Part shown: positions 48,526 through 59,500 of the stretch, piece after piece
How positions within the stretch are numbered: the first letter of the stretch is position 1
Layout: the number at the start of each line of letters is the position of its first letter
DNA from: Anaerohalosphaeraceae bacterium
Lineage (GTDB): Bacteria > Planctomycetota > Phycisphaerae > Sedimentisphaerales > Anaerohalosphaeraceae
Direction of reading: 5' to 3'
Assembly (NCBI GenBank): GCA_963675525.2
Contig: CAXXSL010000020.1
Span: forward strand, 64,001 to 128,000
DNA length: 64,000 nucleotides
Made by a program: the position numbers and the translations under genes
The notes under the pieces: model-generated
Databases searched by the model: none
What the model saw: the letters and a program-made list of their open reading frames with translations, nothing else
Told to the model about the DNA's origin: nothing

Positions 48526-49083
48526 TCATTTATTCTCAGACATCCATAGAGCCAGCAGTTTAAGTGCTTTGCAGCGATACACTCTGGCGGCTGTCGATGT
48601 AATACCAAGGATTTTTGCAACCTGATTATACGGCATCTCTGCGAGGTCTCGCAAAACCACAACATCGCCCAGATACTCCGGTAGCCTCGCAACAGCGTCT
48701 CTAAGTCGCTGTTGTAAGTCCATCGCATCCAAGTAGCCGGCCGGGTCATTGTTCCGGGATTCGTACTTTTCACAGAGCTGATGGTGATATCTGACTTTTA
48801 ACTGCTCACGTCGGAGCATGGTAATCGCAATATTCGACGCTGTCCGGAAAAGATACGCCCGAACATTGTCGGGTTTGGCATGATCTTCCAGATGGGCCAA
48901 CCGCAGAAATGTTTCCTGGTAAGCATCACAGACATCCTGTTCATTTCCCAGTATCCGCCACAATACCGAAACCAATGCCGAACCATGGTGCTGCATCGCA
49001 GTCAATATCCACCGCTGGCTGCGTTCTGCGTCAACCTGCGTTAGATCAAATGCAACGCTCAAACTGGCTGGGTGAATGGCCAT
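48526..49083 (-). CDS. ECF sigma factor
   Basis: DAYQETFLR, AYLFRTASN, LP...VVVLRDL..MPY.QVA.ILG. Confidence 0.9.
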   Translation of the reverse strand: MAIHPASLSVAFDLTQVDAERSQRWILTAMQHHGSALVSVLWRILGNEQDVCDAYQETFLRLAHLEDHAKPDNVRAYLFRTASNIAITMLRREQLKVRYHHQLCEKYESRNNDPAGYLDAMDLQQRLRDAVARLPEYLGDVVVLRDLAEMPYNQVAKILGITSTAARVYRCKALKLLALWMSENK

Positions 49084-49114
49084 AACTACCTTTGCCTTAT
49101 TGTTTTGTTCACTT

Positions 49115-49145
49115 ATAAGACAAGCTCGATTACCTATATGTTACC
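49115..49145 (-). promoter_or_regulatory. Putative ECF promoter (autoregulatory)
   Basis: Minus strand GGTAACA-N16-TGTCTTAT. Confidence 0.65.
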
Positions 49146-49188
49146 TTATTTTTTATAAAAATAGGGAGAAATTTTTTGTTTTTTTTGA

Positions 49189-49219
49189 GGTAACAGTTTC
49201 TATCCGAGAATCGTCTTAT
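49189..49219 (+). promoter_or_regulatory. Putative ECF promoter of pilus/T2SS-like operon
   Basis: GGTAACA-N16-CGTCTTAT. Confidence 0.65.
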
Positions 49220-49278
49220 TAATAGATATAGACGGATCGCACAGGTGAATATTTTAACCTTTTGAGAAATAAGGGCTT

Positions 49279-50427
49279 ATGAAACACTCCACAGAACATA
49301 ATGTCGCTCAGTTGGTCGAGCAAATACTTACAGAAGCGATTCAATTCGGGGCAAGTGATATCCATTTCGAGCCGACCAGCACGGAATTACAGGTCCGATT
49401 CAGGCTGGACGGGTCGTTGAAAACCATCGAACATCTCCCCGGTGCCATCAGTGATAACGTCATCGCTCGACTTAAGGTTCTGGGCAATCTATTGACCTAT
49501 CGCAACGATATTCCACAGGAAGGCCGCATTGAGTCTCTTAAAGATGGGGTCATTGTTTCCGAATCCGGAAAGGTGACCGATAAGCGACTGGCGGTTTTTC
49601 CGACAATTTACGGACAGCGGGCGGTGGTAAGAATTTTTTATGAAAACGAAGGTTTGCTGGAACTGGAAAAACTGGGATTTAACACCTACATTGATTCGGC
49701 TCTGACGGCCTTTGCGAAAAAGAATCAGGGTATTCTGCTTCTGACCGGTCCGGCCGGAAGCGGAAAAAGTACAACACTAGGTGCCCTGCTTCGTTACATC
49801 CTGAAACAATCACAAGGCAAAAGTATTGTCGCCCTGGAGGACCCGGTCGAACGCGCCATCGAAGGAGTTACGCAGGTGCAGATCGAACCACATGGTGAGA
49901 TGACTTTCCCTACCGCCCTGCGTTCACTGTTGCGGCAAGACCCGCAGGTCTTGATGATTGGTGAGATTCGGGATGCCGAAACCGCACGAATTGCGATTGA
50001 GGCCGGATTGACCGGGCACCTTTTAATGAGTACCATGCACAGCGGAAGCTGCAGCGGTGCCCTGCTTCGGCTTCTCGAGATGGGGATTGAACCCTATCAG
50101 GTCACTTCCGGCTTATGTGCTATTCTGAATCAACGGCTTGTGCGGCGTTTGTGCGAACACTGCAAAAAACAACAGCACGACGGCACTTATCAGGCCGCCG
50201 GATGTGAAAGATGTCACGGAACCGGTTATCACGGACGCGTATTGCTGGCGGAAATGGTGGAACTGGACGGGCAGCTTCGAGAAGCGATCCTTAAGCGTTC
50301 AGACATGGAAAGCCTCGAAGGTATTTTAGAATCACGCGGTCACATGAACCTGATGCAGGACGGCAGAAGATTGATCAATCAGGGTATTACCAGCGAAGAA
50401 GAAGTTCAGCGGGTCTGCGGAGTATAA
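49279..50427 (+). CDS. GspE/PilB-family assembly ATPase (short, no N1 domain)
   Basis: ASDIHFEP, PQEGR, GPAGSGKST, EDPVE, LRQDP, GEIRD, TGHL, CxxC..CxxC. Confidence 0.93.
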   Translation: MKHSTEHNVAQLVEQILTEAIQFGASDIHFEPTSTELQVRFRLDGSLKTIEHLPGAISDNVIARLKVLGNLLTYRNDIPQEGRIESLKDGVIVSESGKVTDKRLAVFPTIYGQRAVVRIFYENEGLLELEKLGFNTYIDSALTAFAKKNQGILLLTGPAGSGKSTTLGALLRYILKQSQGKSIVALEDPVERAIEGVTQVQIEPHGEMTFPTALRSLLRQDPQVLMIGEIRDAETARIAIEAGLTGHLLMSTMHSGSCSGALLRLLEMGIEPYQVTSGLCAILNQRLVRRLCEHCKKQQHDGTYQAAGCERCHGTGYHGRVLLAEMVELDGQLREAILKRSDMESLEGILESRGHMNLMQDGRRLINQGITSEEEVQRVCGV

Positions 50428-50441
50428 AAAAAGGGGCTGTT

Positions 50442-51713
50442 ATGAAACGAATAGGATTACTGATATTTTTAGGTTGCTGGATTAGCGTATGGGCCGCGGA
50501 AGGAATCGTCGGCTTTCCTGAATCGTCGATTGAACCTAATGATGCGGTTGCTGAAACAAAAACAGAAGAACCCAACGTTATTGAACTGGTGCCGATTGAA
50601 CCCATTGATGTGATTGAACTGACTGCCGCCTGTGATATTTTACGGCCGAAGTACCACCTCCTGCCATTGAAAACCGAATTGATCGCCGGTGAATCCCTGC
50701 CGATTTATTTGAACGTATTTCACAAAGACCCGAACCATCCGGAATCAGAACCCGATTTTGACCTTGTCGAACAACTGCTTAAACAGAACACCGAAGCAAA
50801 TGACATCAAGGCGATGGGACACCTTTTAGAAAAACACACCGCTAAACTGAATCTGCTCCGAAAGGCGAATTTGTGTAAAGCGGTTGAATGGCCTGTAACC
50901 CATTATGAGCCGAAATCAACTTACCATCATATGGATATGATGATGCCGGGAACGGGTAATTTCGACTCGCCTGAATTGCCGGACAGGCCTGAAGAAGAAT
51001 ACGAACCGGTCATATTCACCCCATCGGAGTATCTGGACTTTCTTGAGAATATTCAGCAATATGGAAAGCTGGTTGCCCTAAAAGCCCGTTATCATATTCT
51101 TAAACATGACTATGATGAGGCTTTAATATGGCTCAGAACGGGACTGGCTATCAGCCGGCAGATGGTTCAGAATTCAAATGCCCAATTGGGTGTGATGGCC
51201 GCGGCGAATGCCGCTGTCAGCTTGCAGCAAATTGAGCTTTGGACACAAACACCCAACTCCCCCGGCCTGTATCGCTCATTGCAGGATTTGCCGTTGCCAT
51301 TCTTGAATGCTTATTCACTTCCGACACTGGTTGAGAAAGAACTAAAACAGAAAATGCCAAGATTCGGAATGCCCTACTATTATGAAGAAACAGTTAAAAA
51401 GGAAAATAGTTTGATTCCTTATTATTCAAGCGAATTACCGCGTAACGCGTCCAATCGGATCGACCGTTTTATCGCGATCCTGGAATGTCTGGAAGGATTG
51501 CGGTACTATGCGGCACTGTATGATGGAAAACTTCCCAACAGCCTTGGCGAAGTGACGGAAATCCGGCTGCCGAATGACCCCATTACGAAAGGGTCATTTC
51601 TTTATCATAAAGAATCCGATGCGGCAATTCTGCAAGCGCTAGACACACGTAACAATGTATCACTGTCCGGTTTTTGCTATACGATTCGTATGAGACCTAA
51701 TTTGAAGGATTAA
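50442..51713 (+). CDS. Secreted hypothetical protein with C-terminal pseudopilin-like motif
   Basis: Sec signal (SVWA); EGLRYYAALYDGKLPNSL..LPNDPIT. Confidence 0.7.
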   Translation: MKRIGLLIFLGCWISVWAAEGIVGFPESSIEPNDAVAETKTEEPNVIELVPIEPIDVIELTAACDILRPKYHLLPLKTELIAGESLPIYLNVFHKDPNHPESEPDFDLVEQLLKQNTEANDIKAMGHLLEKHTAKLNLLRKANLCKAVEWPVTHYEPKSTYHHMDMMMPGTGNFDSPELPDRPEEEYEPVIFTPSEYLDFLENIQQYGKLVALKARYHILKHDYDEALIWLRTGLAISRQMVQNSNAQLGVMAAANAAVSLQQIELWTQTPNSPGLYRSLQDLPLPFLNAYSLPTLVEKELKQKMPRFGMPYYYEETVKKENSLIPYYSSELPRNASNRIDRFIAILECLEGLRYYAALYDGKLPNSLGEVTEIRLPNDPITKGSFLYHKESDAAILQALDTRNNVSLSGFCYTIRMRPNLKD

Positions 51714-51716
51714 ACG

Positions 51717-52916
51717 ATGGCATTATTTGAATATCGATCATGCACCCAGGCCGGGCGACTGATGACCGGGACCCTTGAGGCGGCGGATGTTGATCAGGCC
51801 CGCGCCTCACTGGACGAACTCGGTCTGCAGGTTACCGAACTGGAACAGGCCAAGGCCCCACCGAGTCCCCAATCCGTCGGGCAGAATGAATTCCTGATGT
51901 TCAATGAACAGCTTGCTTCGTTGACCAAGGCGGGGATTCCGCTGGAGCGAGGACTGCGCGAACTGGCCGCCGATGCCGGTTCGGCAAAAATGAAATCGCT
52001 GATCACCGGCATCGTTACTGATCTCGAGCAAGGCATTCCGATCGATCAAGCTGTCGAGAAACGTCAAAAGCACTTTCCGCCATTATACGGCCTGATCCTG
52101 AAGTCCGGCATTGAAACAGGCCGCCTGAGCGAGATGCTGGCCAGCCTGAACCGGCATCTGCAAATTGAGCAGCGGACCAAACGGATCGTCATGGAGGCCC
52201 TTTGTTATCCCATGGTCGTTTTATGCCTTGCGGCTGTGATCATTACAGGCGTCTTTGTATTCATCATCCCGAGTTTCGCAGAAGTTCTAAGTGACATGTC
52301 AGACGGCCGGGCAGGATTGCCTTTTTTGACACAGACGGTTTTAGATATGGCCGGACATGTTGGGACTTTCTGGGCGGTTACAGGCATTATTATTGCCTCG
52401 CTCGTTTTTTTCTGGGTGTCGCTTTCGGCCTCACCGGCAGGCAGACGATTTAAGGAATCCATATTGATGCATCTTCCCCTGATCGGGCGAGTTTATAAAA
52501 ACGGTCTGTTAGCGCGTTTGGCCGAAGCGATGGCCGTCCTGATCAATGCAGGCTGCACCATGGATGCGGCTGTTGAACTCTCCGGCCAATCCTCCAGCAG
52601 TGAAATACTTAAAAGAGACTGTTCGATCATCGCTGAACAACTGAGACAGGGTTTTAATATCCTCGAAGCAGGCATGAATTGCTCAGCCATCCCCCGCTTG
52701 TTCCTGTATTCCATTCAGCTTGGTTCACAGCGAAATGAATTAAAAAACAATCTCAACGGACTGGGGCAAATGTACACTGCCAAAACCTATTCACTCCAAT
52801 CGCAGTTACAGGCCGTTTTGTTGCCGATACTGATTATTGGCGTCGGCGGTACGATCGCCGTTATCGTAATGGCCATGTTCCTGCCAATGGTCAGAATGAT
52901 TGAGGTAATGATGTAA
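51717..52916 (+). CDS. GspF/PilC-family platform protein 1
   Basis: QLASLTKAGIPL, GIETGRL, YP, AMFLPM. Confidence 0.92.
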   Translation: MALFEYRSCTQAGRLMTGTLEAADVDQARASLDELGLQVTELEQAKAPPSPQSVGQNEFLMFNEQLASLTKAGIPLERGLRELAADAGSAKMKSLITGIVTDLEQGIPIDQAVEKRQKHFPPLYGLILKSGIETGRLSEMLASLNRHLQIEQRTKRIVMEALCYPMVVLCLAAVIITGVFVFIIPSFAEVLSDMSDGRAGLPFLTQTVLDMAGHVGTFWAVTGIIIASLVFFWVSLSASPAGRRFKESILMHLPLIGRVYKNGLLARLAEAMAVLINAGCTMDAAVELSGQSSSSEILKRDCSIIAEQLRQGFNILEAGMNCSAIPRLFLYSIQLGSQRNELKNNLNGLGQMYTAKTYSLQSQLQAVLLPILIIGVGGTIAVIVMAMFLPMVRMIEVMM

Positions 52917-54361
52917 TGGATTGGCTATTATATATTACTATTCCAGTCGTTTTTGTGGGATTTAATGTGTTTGCCTGGAAAAAACCCGGCTGGGGTCTTG
53001 TGTTGCTGCCGTTTGCGATCGGCGTAATAGTCATGGTCGGGTTGATTGAGCCTGTATATGAGATCATCATCATTATGGGTGCCTTTCTGTTTCCTGTTAC
53101 CCTCGGCATTGTTCGCTGGGCACCATCTTCCAGCTCGCTTGAAATGCCCTGGCATAAAACTGTTGCGAAAACCGTTATTATATTCTTCCAGTATTTGTTC
53201 CTGCTGGTTATTCTGTGCTATCTTCTGAATGTCTTTGGCGGTATTTTATTTTTACTTCTGATCGTCGGTATCCTGCGCTTCTTTCAAATCCGAAAATACT
53301 CGCTTACAATGGATGTCCTGTCAGCTATCGGCATGAGCATGCGTCAATCACTGCCGCTGCCAACGGCACTGATCACGGCATCGCATGGACAAAAGCGTAA
53401 AGAAGCACAAATCTTCGAATCCATCGCACATTGGCTGACACAGGGTTATCCGTTATCAGAAGCGATGGCTCGAGGATATCGAAAATGCCCTTCCGATCTG
53501 CTTGCCTCAATTAGCGTCGCGGAAAAAATGAACCAACTGCCGGAAGCGATAAAAACCCTGCATGCGGACCTTTCCGAAAAAGTCAACGATCTGAAGCAAA
53601 TCCAACCGGTTCAGCCGTGGTATCCGTTCGTGGTTCTGTTTCTCGCATTCAATGTCGTTCTGGGGCTTATGTATTTTATCGTTCCTGTGTACGCTGAGGT
53701 CCTCAGTGATATGTCAGACGGCCGGTCCGGTCTGCCGGCAGCAACGCAGGTGCTGTTAAATATGTCGATGTGGCTAAAAGGCCGCCATGGACTTAATATC
53801 CTTCTTGTTCTTTTGCCGTTCACATGGATAGGCCTGCATTTGCTCTATGCCCGGTTTCGAAAACGAAATCCACAACAGCCCAGGTTGCTGTCGCAGCTCG
53901 GAGATTGGATCAAATGGCACTTACCGTTTTGGGGCTGGTTTGAAAAAGTTCGTTCTCAATTGCAGTTGACCGAAACACTCAAGATCGGTCTGAGTGCCGG
54001 TTATCCGGTCAACACCACGCTTCGTAACGCGATCAACCTCGATATGAATTATTGCTTCCAAAAGCGACTGCTCAAATGGCTTGAAAAGATCGAGCAGGGC
54101 CAGAACATCGCCGGGGCAGCATCCCGGTTCGGAGTTGGTAAAATGCTTGCCTGGGCACTGGATGAATCGGTCAATAAAGGCAATGCACCCGTACTTCTGC
54201 AAACTCTTGAGGAGGTTTATCGCGCCAGGTACAACTACCGATCAAAAATTTTGAATGCGGTATTCTGCCCGCTGATGGTGGTCGCTCTTGCCGCATGTGT
54301 GGGCTTTGTGGTTTATGCCATGTTTTTACCGATGGTTTTAATGATTCAGGTATTGCTGTAA
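52916..54361 (+). CDS. GspF/PilC-family platform protein 2 with extra N-terminal TMs
   Basis: GYPLSEA, YPFVV, IVPVYAE, AMFLPM; ~4 additional N-terminal TMs. Confidence 0.85.
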   Translation: MDWLLYITIPVVFVGFNVFAWKKPGWGLVLLPFAIGVIVMVGLIEPVYEIIIIMGAFLFPVTLGIVRWAPSSSSLEMPWHKTVAKTVIIFFQYLFLLVILCYLLNVFGGILFLLLIVGILRFFQIRKYSLTMDVLSAIGMSMRQSLPLPTALITASHGQKRKEAQIFESIAHWLTQGYPLSEAMARGYRKCPSDLLASISVAEKMNQLPEAIKTLHADLSEKVNDLKQIQPVQPWYPFVVLFLAFNVVLGLMYFIVPVYAEVLSDMSDGRSGLPAATQVLLNMSMWLKGRHGLNILLVLLPFTWIGLHLLYARFRKRNPQQPRLLSQLGDWIKWHLPFWGWFEKVRSQLQLTETLKIGLSAGYPVNTTLRNAINLDMNYCFQKRLLKWLEKIEQGQNIAGAASRFGVGKMLAWALDESVNKGNAPVLLQTLEEVYRARYNYRSKILNAVFCPLMVVALAACVGFVVYAMFLPMVLMIQVLL

Positions 54362-54376
54362 TCCGACAGGAAAACA

Positions 54377-54766
54377 ATGAAACAATCTCAACATAATAAA
54401 CGGTTTGGAATCTTGAGCATCGAGATGTTAGTGGCCGTCTCCGTGATGGCGGTTTTGATCGGCGTGCTTGCCGCTATCGGAAGCTCCTTCAAGAAACTCG
54501 ACAACCAACTCTGGCTTCAGCATACTTGCTCTGCAGCGGGCAAGTCGCAAATGGATGCTCTTGCGGCTACCGGTAAACCCATTAACGAAGAAACGTTCAG
54601 CAGGCTCTGGCCCAATGTCACCTGCTCAATCGAGATTACTGACGGTGTCGGCGACTGGCGGGGACTTCGTCAGATCATGCTGCACCTGACGGCGACATCA
54701 CACGGAAAAACAGTTGAGGCCACGATGGCACGTTACATTCCGGGCAATAAGGAATTACAAAGATGA
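54377..54766 (+). CDS. Minor pilin/pseudopilin-like protein
   Basis: KRFG|ILSIEMLV degenerate class III signal with E+5. Confidence 0.75.
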   Translation: MKQSQHNKRFGILSIEMLVAVSVMAVLIGVLAAIGSSFKKLDNQLWLQHTCSAAGKSQMDALAATGKPINEETFSRLWPNVTCSIEITDGVGDWRGLRQIMLHLTATSHGKTVEATMARYIPGNKELQR

Positions 54767-55272
54767 ATCATAAACAACGCGCCTACACACTGCTGGAGAT
54801 GCTGGCAATCATCATGGCGATCGTCGTGCTGATGGCGTTATCTGTCAGACCCATGCGTGCAGTGATCTGTGATATTCCCCGCAGCATGAATGATTTCCAG
54901 GCATGGGAACAAATCGGCAATATACTCGATCAGTTACAAACTGACGTCAAACGGTCGGCTCGAATGAGGGTGTTCCCGATGGATTCGCGAATCAGCGGGA
55001 ATTTGCTCTATTTGGAGCAGACTGATGGTTTGGTTAGCTACACACTAACCAATAATCAGGTTGTCCGACAGTCTGACAGACCGGGAGACCGGGAGCAGGA
55101 TATCTGGGAGTTGCCCCATGTTCAGATTCAGTGGTCGCTTTGGGAAAACAACGATATTTCGTACGCACTGGAAATCACGACATGGAGTCAGCGGGAAATC
55201 CTCGGTCAAACTCAGGAAAAATTCAAACAGTCCTATGTTTTCTTTCAGCAGACAGGGAGTACAAATCCATGA
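54763..55272 (+). CDS. Minor pilin/pseudopilin-like protein
   Basis: QRA|YTLLEML class III signal. Confidence 0.8.
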   Translation: MNHKQRAYTLLEMLAIIMAIVVLMALSVRPMRAVICDIPRSMNDFQAWEQIGNILDQLQTDVKRSARMRVFPMDSRISGNLLYLEQTDGLVSYTLTNNQVVRQSDRPGDREQDIWELPHVQIQWSLWENNDISYALEITTWSQREILGQTQEKFKQSYVFFQQTGSTNP

Positions 55273-56072
55273 AAAATAATAAACGCTATGACGGCTTTAC
55301 GATGATCGAACTGTTAACGGTTATTACGATTATTGCCCTGCTGATGTCGATCCTTCTGCCGGCACTGAATGCAACCCGGGAAGAAGCCTATAAAACCGTC
55401 TGCATAACCAACCTGGGACAATGGGGCTATCTGTTCACTCTCTATACCGAGGATCACAATGGGCGTTTTTTTGCAGGCGACTATCACTACACCGACCCAA
55501 ATGGGATTACGTATCAAAATCAAGATTCGGATTTGTGGTTTAATGCGATGCAGCCATACCATGAGGATTCCGGTCAGGCTATGAGCTTGAAATTCTGTCC
55601 GGTCACCAGATCCAAACCTGGCAAACGTTATATGTCACGGTCGGCTTGGCAAATGGGCTCAGAGTCCGGCAGCTATGGCCTTAATGCATGGGTCTGTGAC
55701 ACCCCGGCCGAGGTGCGTTTGACCCAAGGACACGACACACGCAATAGCTGGCGGAAGATGTTTATCGGCAGCCGGGGCAGCGTCCCGCTGATGGCCGATG
55801 CTCTGTGGTTCAGCGGTCGGCCGGAAAATAAAGACCTGCCGTCTGAACAGGAAAGGTACGAATATGATTGGGCGAACCAACATGAAAACGAGATGCAGCG
55901 GTTCTGTGCCGACCGGCATCGAGACCAACTCAATGTCCTGTTTCTTGACGGCAATGTTAAAACCATCAATCCAAAGGGATTATGGCAACTAAAATGGCAC
56001 AAAACCTATCAGACATTCGCCCCGCCGCCGGAATGGCCGGAATGGATGAGCCGTTTCGGAAACCCGAAATAG
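55269..56072 (+). CDS. Prepilin-type protein with H-X9-DG motif (DUF1559-like)
   Basis: G|FTMIELL..I.IIALL.SILLPAL; C..NL.Q; HRDQLNVLFLDG; start reassigned to ATG 55269. Confidence 0.9.
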   Translation: MKNNKRYDGFTMIELLTVITIIALLMSILLPALNATREEAYKTVCITNLGQWGYLFTLYTEDHNGRFFAGDYHYTDPNGITYQNQDSDLWFNAMQPYHEDSGQAMSLKFCPVTRSKPGKRYMSRSAWQMGSESGSYGLNAWVCDTPAEVRLTQGHDTRNSWRKMFIGSRGSVPLMADALWFSGRPENKDLPSEQERYEYDWANQHENEMQRFCADRHRDQLNVLFLDGNVKTINPKGLWQLKWHKTYQTFAPPPEWPEWMSRFGNPK

Positions 56073-56105
56073 CCTCAGTTTATTCAAAATGGAAAGCGTA
56101 ATGCG

Positions 56106-56483
56106 ATGAAAAGAATAAAACGAAAAAACGGCTTTGTTTTGATGCTGGTTGTTACAATGATCCCGTTGGTCGGGATGGTGATTGCCATTATGACGTCCAA
56201 CTCTAAAGGTCTTTTGCATAGGACCCGCACGGGAACTTTACAGGTGCACGCTCAAAATGCCTGCCAAAGCGGCCTTGCCTGGGCTAAACAAAACCCCGGT
56301 CAAATCAAGTCCCTGACCCCGGAAAAACCGATCACGCTAAGCCTTCAGAACAATAATAGTCAGATTTATTGCCTCATTGAGCAAACCCCGGGCGAAACAG
56401 GCGAAAACGTATTTCAAGTCACGGGATATGCCAGGGACAAACGGTTTTCCGCCAAATATAGCCGTCCGCTCACAACATATTAA
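56106..56483 (+). CDS. PilX/GspK-like minor pilin
   Basis: KNG|FVLMLVV lacking E+5; AQNACQSGLAWA. Confidence 0.7.
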   Translation: MKRIKRKNGFVLMLVVTMIPLVGMVIAIMTSNSKGLLHRTRTGTLQVHAQNACQSGLAWAKQNPGQIKSLTPEKPITLSLQNNNSQIYCLIEQTPGETGENVFQVTGYARDKRFSAKYSRPLTTY

Positions 56484-56593
56484 AAAAAATACGACTTATT
56501 AAAGTCATTTGAGTTGAAAAAAAAATTGTCAAGGCTATAATAAACACCGTTATAGAATTGAACAATGACTAATTTCAATCTCAGGGATGACAG

Positions 56594-59500
56594 ATGAACA
56601 CATTAATCGTGTTCCGGTATAGCACCTCGGGTCAGATTCAGTATCTTTCTCCTGAAAAAACCCTGCAACTCCTCGAAAAAGATCAAAAGCTCATCCTTGA
56701 CACGGCCCTGGCCGAAGTCATCTCGCTCATCAAAGAGCAGTCACGGCCGTTTTACAAAGCGTTGGTCAATCGGCGTATCCAATTGCGAATCAGTGATTCT
56801 TTTAAGGGAACAGCGGCCCTGTTGCCGCACGACATCATTTTCAACGCGGCCCTGATTACCGCCGGGAGACGATTTATCATGCGTCGTCACCGGCTGATCG
56901 TCGGAGCCCTTGAGCGAGTTTTTTACCATCTGTGCCACCCCGAACTGCATATTACGCAGGTTCGCCTGCACAGTCTTCAGTTTTATCAGGACCACAAAAA
57001 AATATTGAGGGCAACGATCGATGAAATATCTGCCAATCCATCTGAATTTAATGAACCTGATTGGTTGGAATCTCTAAAACAAGTCGATTCCCTTCTTCTT
57101 CTGGACCGTTTCTGGACCTACCTTGGAAAAACGGCCTCGGCGCAAGCTGTCATGAAAGCAGCCGGCGGACCTAAATCGCGCACTCGCTCCCAAGTCAAAA
57201 AGGCACTGGAAAACTTCGCAAAGACAATTCAAAAAGAATTTAAAATAAAAGAAAAACGAATACTGAGTTTCCTGACCGGTTTCAAGTGGCTATACAGAAA
57301 TAATGACTGGGTCGTTCTGGTCTATAAACTTCCGGGCAATCTTCTAAAAGTGATCCGTCTGTGTGATCAGCAATGGCTGGACGCCATGTCCAATGAATCG
57401 GCATGCCATTCTGCTTTTTTTAATACCATTCGCACAGATATTTTTCATGATCACGGAAAATGGATTAGTGAATGGATCCTGCAGCTTCAGGTTTATGCGA
57501 AAGACCCCTCGCTTCAAACACTGCAGGAAATGCTTCTTTCCGATGATCTGCATAAGGTCCGCACGGCCGTTCAGCAACTGGTCAACAAGATCCGCAGAAA
57601 GGATAATCCCCGTCATTCACTTCGATTGCTCTACTCGGCCCTTTATTATCAGCATAACCCCGATAAAGGCATGTGCCGCTCGATTTGCCTGGAAGTTAGT
57701 ACGATTCTCGAAAATCTTCTGACGGAACGTCCTTTCACTTTTCCGCCAACTCGCATCAATCGTTCAGTTCTCCGGGCGAAACATGCTTTTGCCAGAATCA
57801 ATATTCGAAAACCCCGAAATATCAAAAAAGACAAATTCAAAGTCCGCATTCAGTGGTCGGCCAATGGGCGGCGAAAAAAACCGCTCATGATGACATCGGA
57901 AGGACCAATCGGCCCGGACGGCATCATGACATTTGTTGCTTTTTTCCCGCTGCGCGCCGGCTGGCTGCACTATTCCGTCCAGTTTTCGATTGATGACGGC
58001 CAATCATGGCAATGGGAAGAATTGGATCCCAATTCACACGGACTGTTGAAATACATTGCCGATGAGCGAGGCCAGCGCGTTCTCAGCTTCTATGCAGACA
58101 CCTTTAACCTCAAGCTCGATGAAAAATTTCAGCCGATCAAAGACGAGAATGGAATGTATGTTTACGGTACATTTGATGAAATCGCCGAACAGCTTAAGGA
58201 AATCCGCAACGAAGGCTATACACGCATTTATCCCCTGGGAGCATTGGAACTCGGCTGGGCCGGTGAAGCCGGACCGGACCCCTCTGTTTTCTCGGTGTGG
58301 GACGGCAAAACCGTTCGGCATGACCTGGGCGGAATCGAAGCACTTATCAGATTACGTCAAAAAGCTGATGAACTCGGCATGAAGATACTGCTTTGCGTCC
58401 TTTCTCATTTTTCACGGGCGAACGTGTCCTATCCCTACCGTATGCCGGTTTACATCGCCGATAAAAACGGTAAACTAACCTGCCGGGCCGGATGGGATGG
58501 CGAATGGAGTGAGTGGCTCGATAGTTTTATGGTGAACATGCGTGATTTTGAAAATGTCGATACTCTGGCACAGATCGGTGTCGAATTGGCAGGTCTGGGC
58601 TTTGGCCTGCGTATCGACGTGGGACACGGCTTTGACACCGTATTCCCGATTGCGCCGGATTTAAAAGGAACCCCGAGGCTCATGGGTGAGGTCACCATGA
58701 GCGGTTTTGAACCCGTTGATTTACGGGGGACCGATGAACCTAATATTTCATTGCTGCACATGTGCTACCAGATACAAAAGGCGGTTCCAAAGGCAACCGT
58801 TGTCTATTCGGAGCAATGGCACGGCAATGAAACACGAATGATCCGCTCCGGCACCATTCCCTATAACTCCCTGATTAAAAACATGGAGAACATTCGAAGC
58901 GGTCAGGATGTCAGTCAGGCACTGGGTCTCAACGACAATCTCGCTTATTTGAACCGGATCTATCGCGCCAACGGCGGACAAACGCTTTCCCTGTTCAACA
59001 GCCATGACGAGGAGTCACCTACCAGTAATTACCAGAACATGATCTGGCCGGTCGCAGCCTTTTTGGTATTGAGCAGCCAAGGACCGATCATGTATCATGT
59101 CAGCCGGCTGCCCGGTCCGGAAACCGGTTCCATGCCCCAGCGATTTGACGACGCCTATACCGAATGCTGGAAGCACTGGGTGAATAATCGATTCTCTCAC
59201 CCCTGGCACAAAGAAAACCAGACCCGCTGGCAAATACTGGCCAGCTATCCGATCCTTTACGGATTTGGAAAATACCTAAGATCCCTTTATCAGTTTGTTG
59301 ACCAAAATCCGGCATTTACCCGCGGCATCATCATTCCCATTAATACTGAGAATACCCGGATCGCTGGGTTTTTGCGAATCCATAAGGACCGAATGTATTT
59401 ATGCATTTTTAACTTTCCGAACGCCGACGCCGGAAATCAGCAGGCCGTTTCAAGGGAATTTAATTTCCTGTTGCGCAGTAACGACCCCGCATTGCCGATC

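Noticed and set aside
48516..48773. Long N-terminal extension of the anti-sigma ORF
   Set aside because: Overlaps the sigma gene in another frame; ATG 48515 follows the sigma stop
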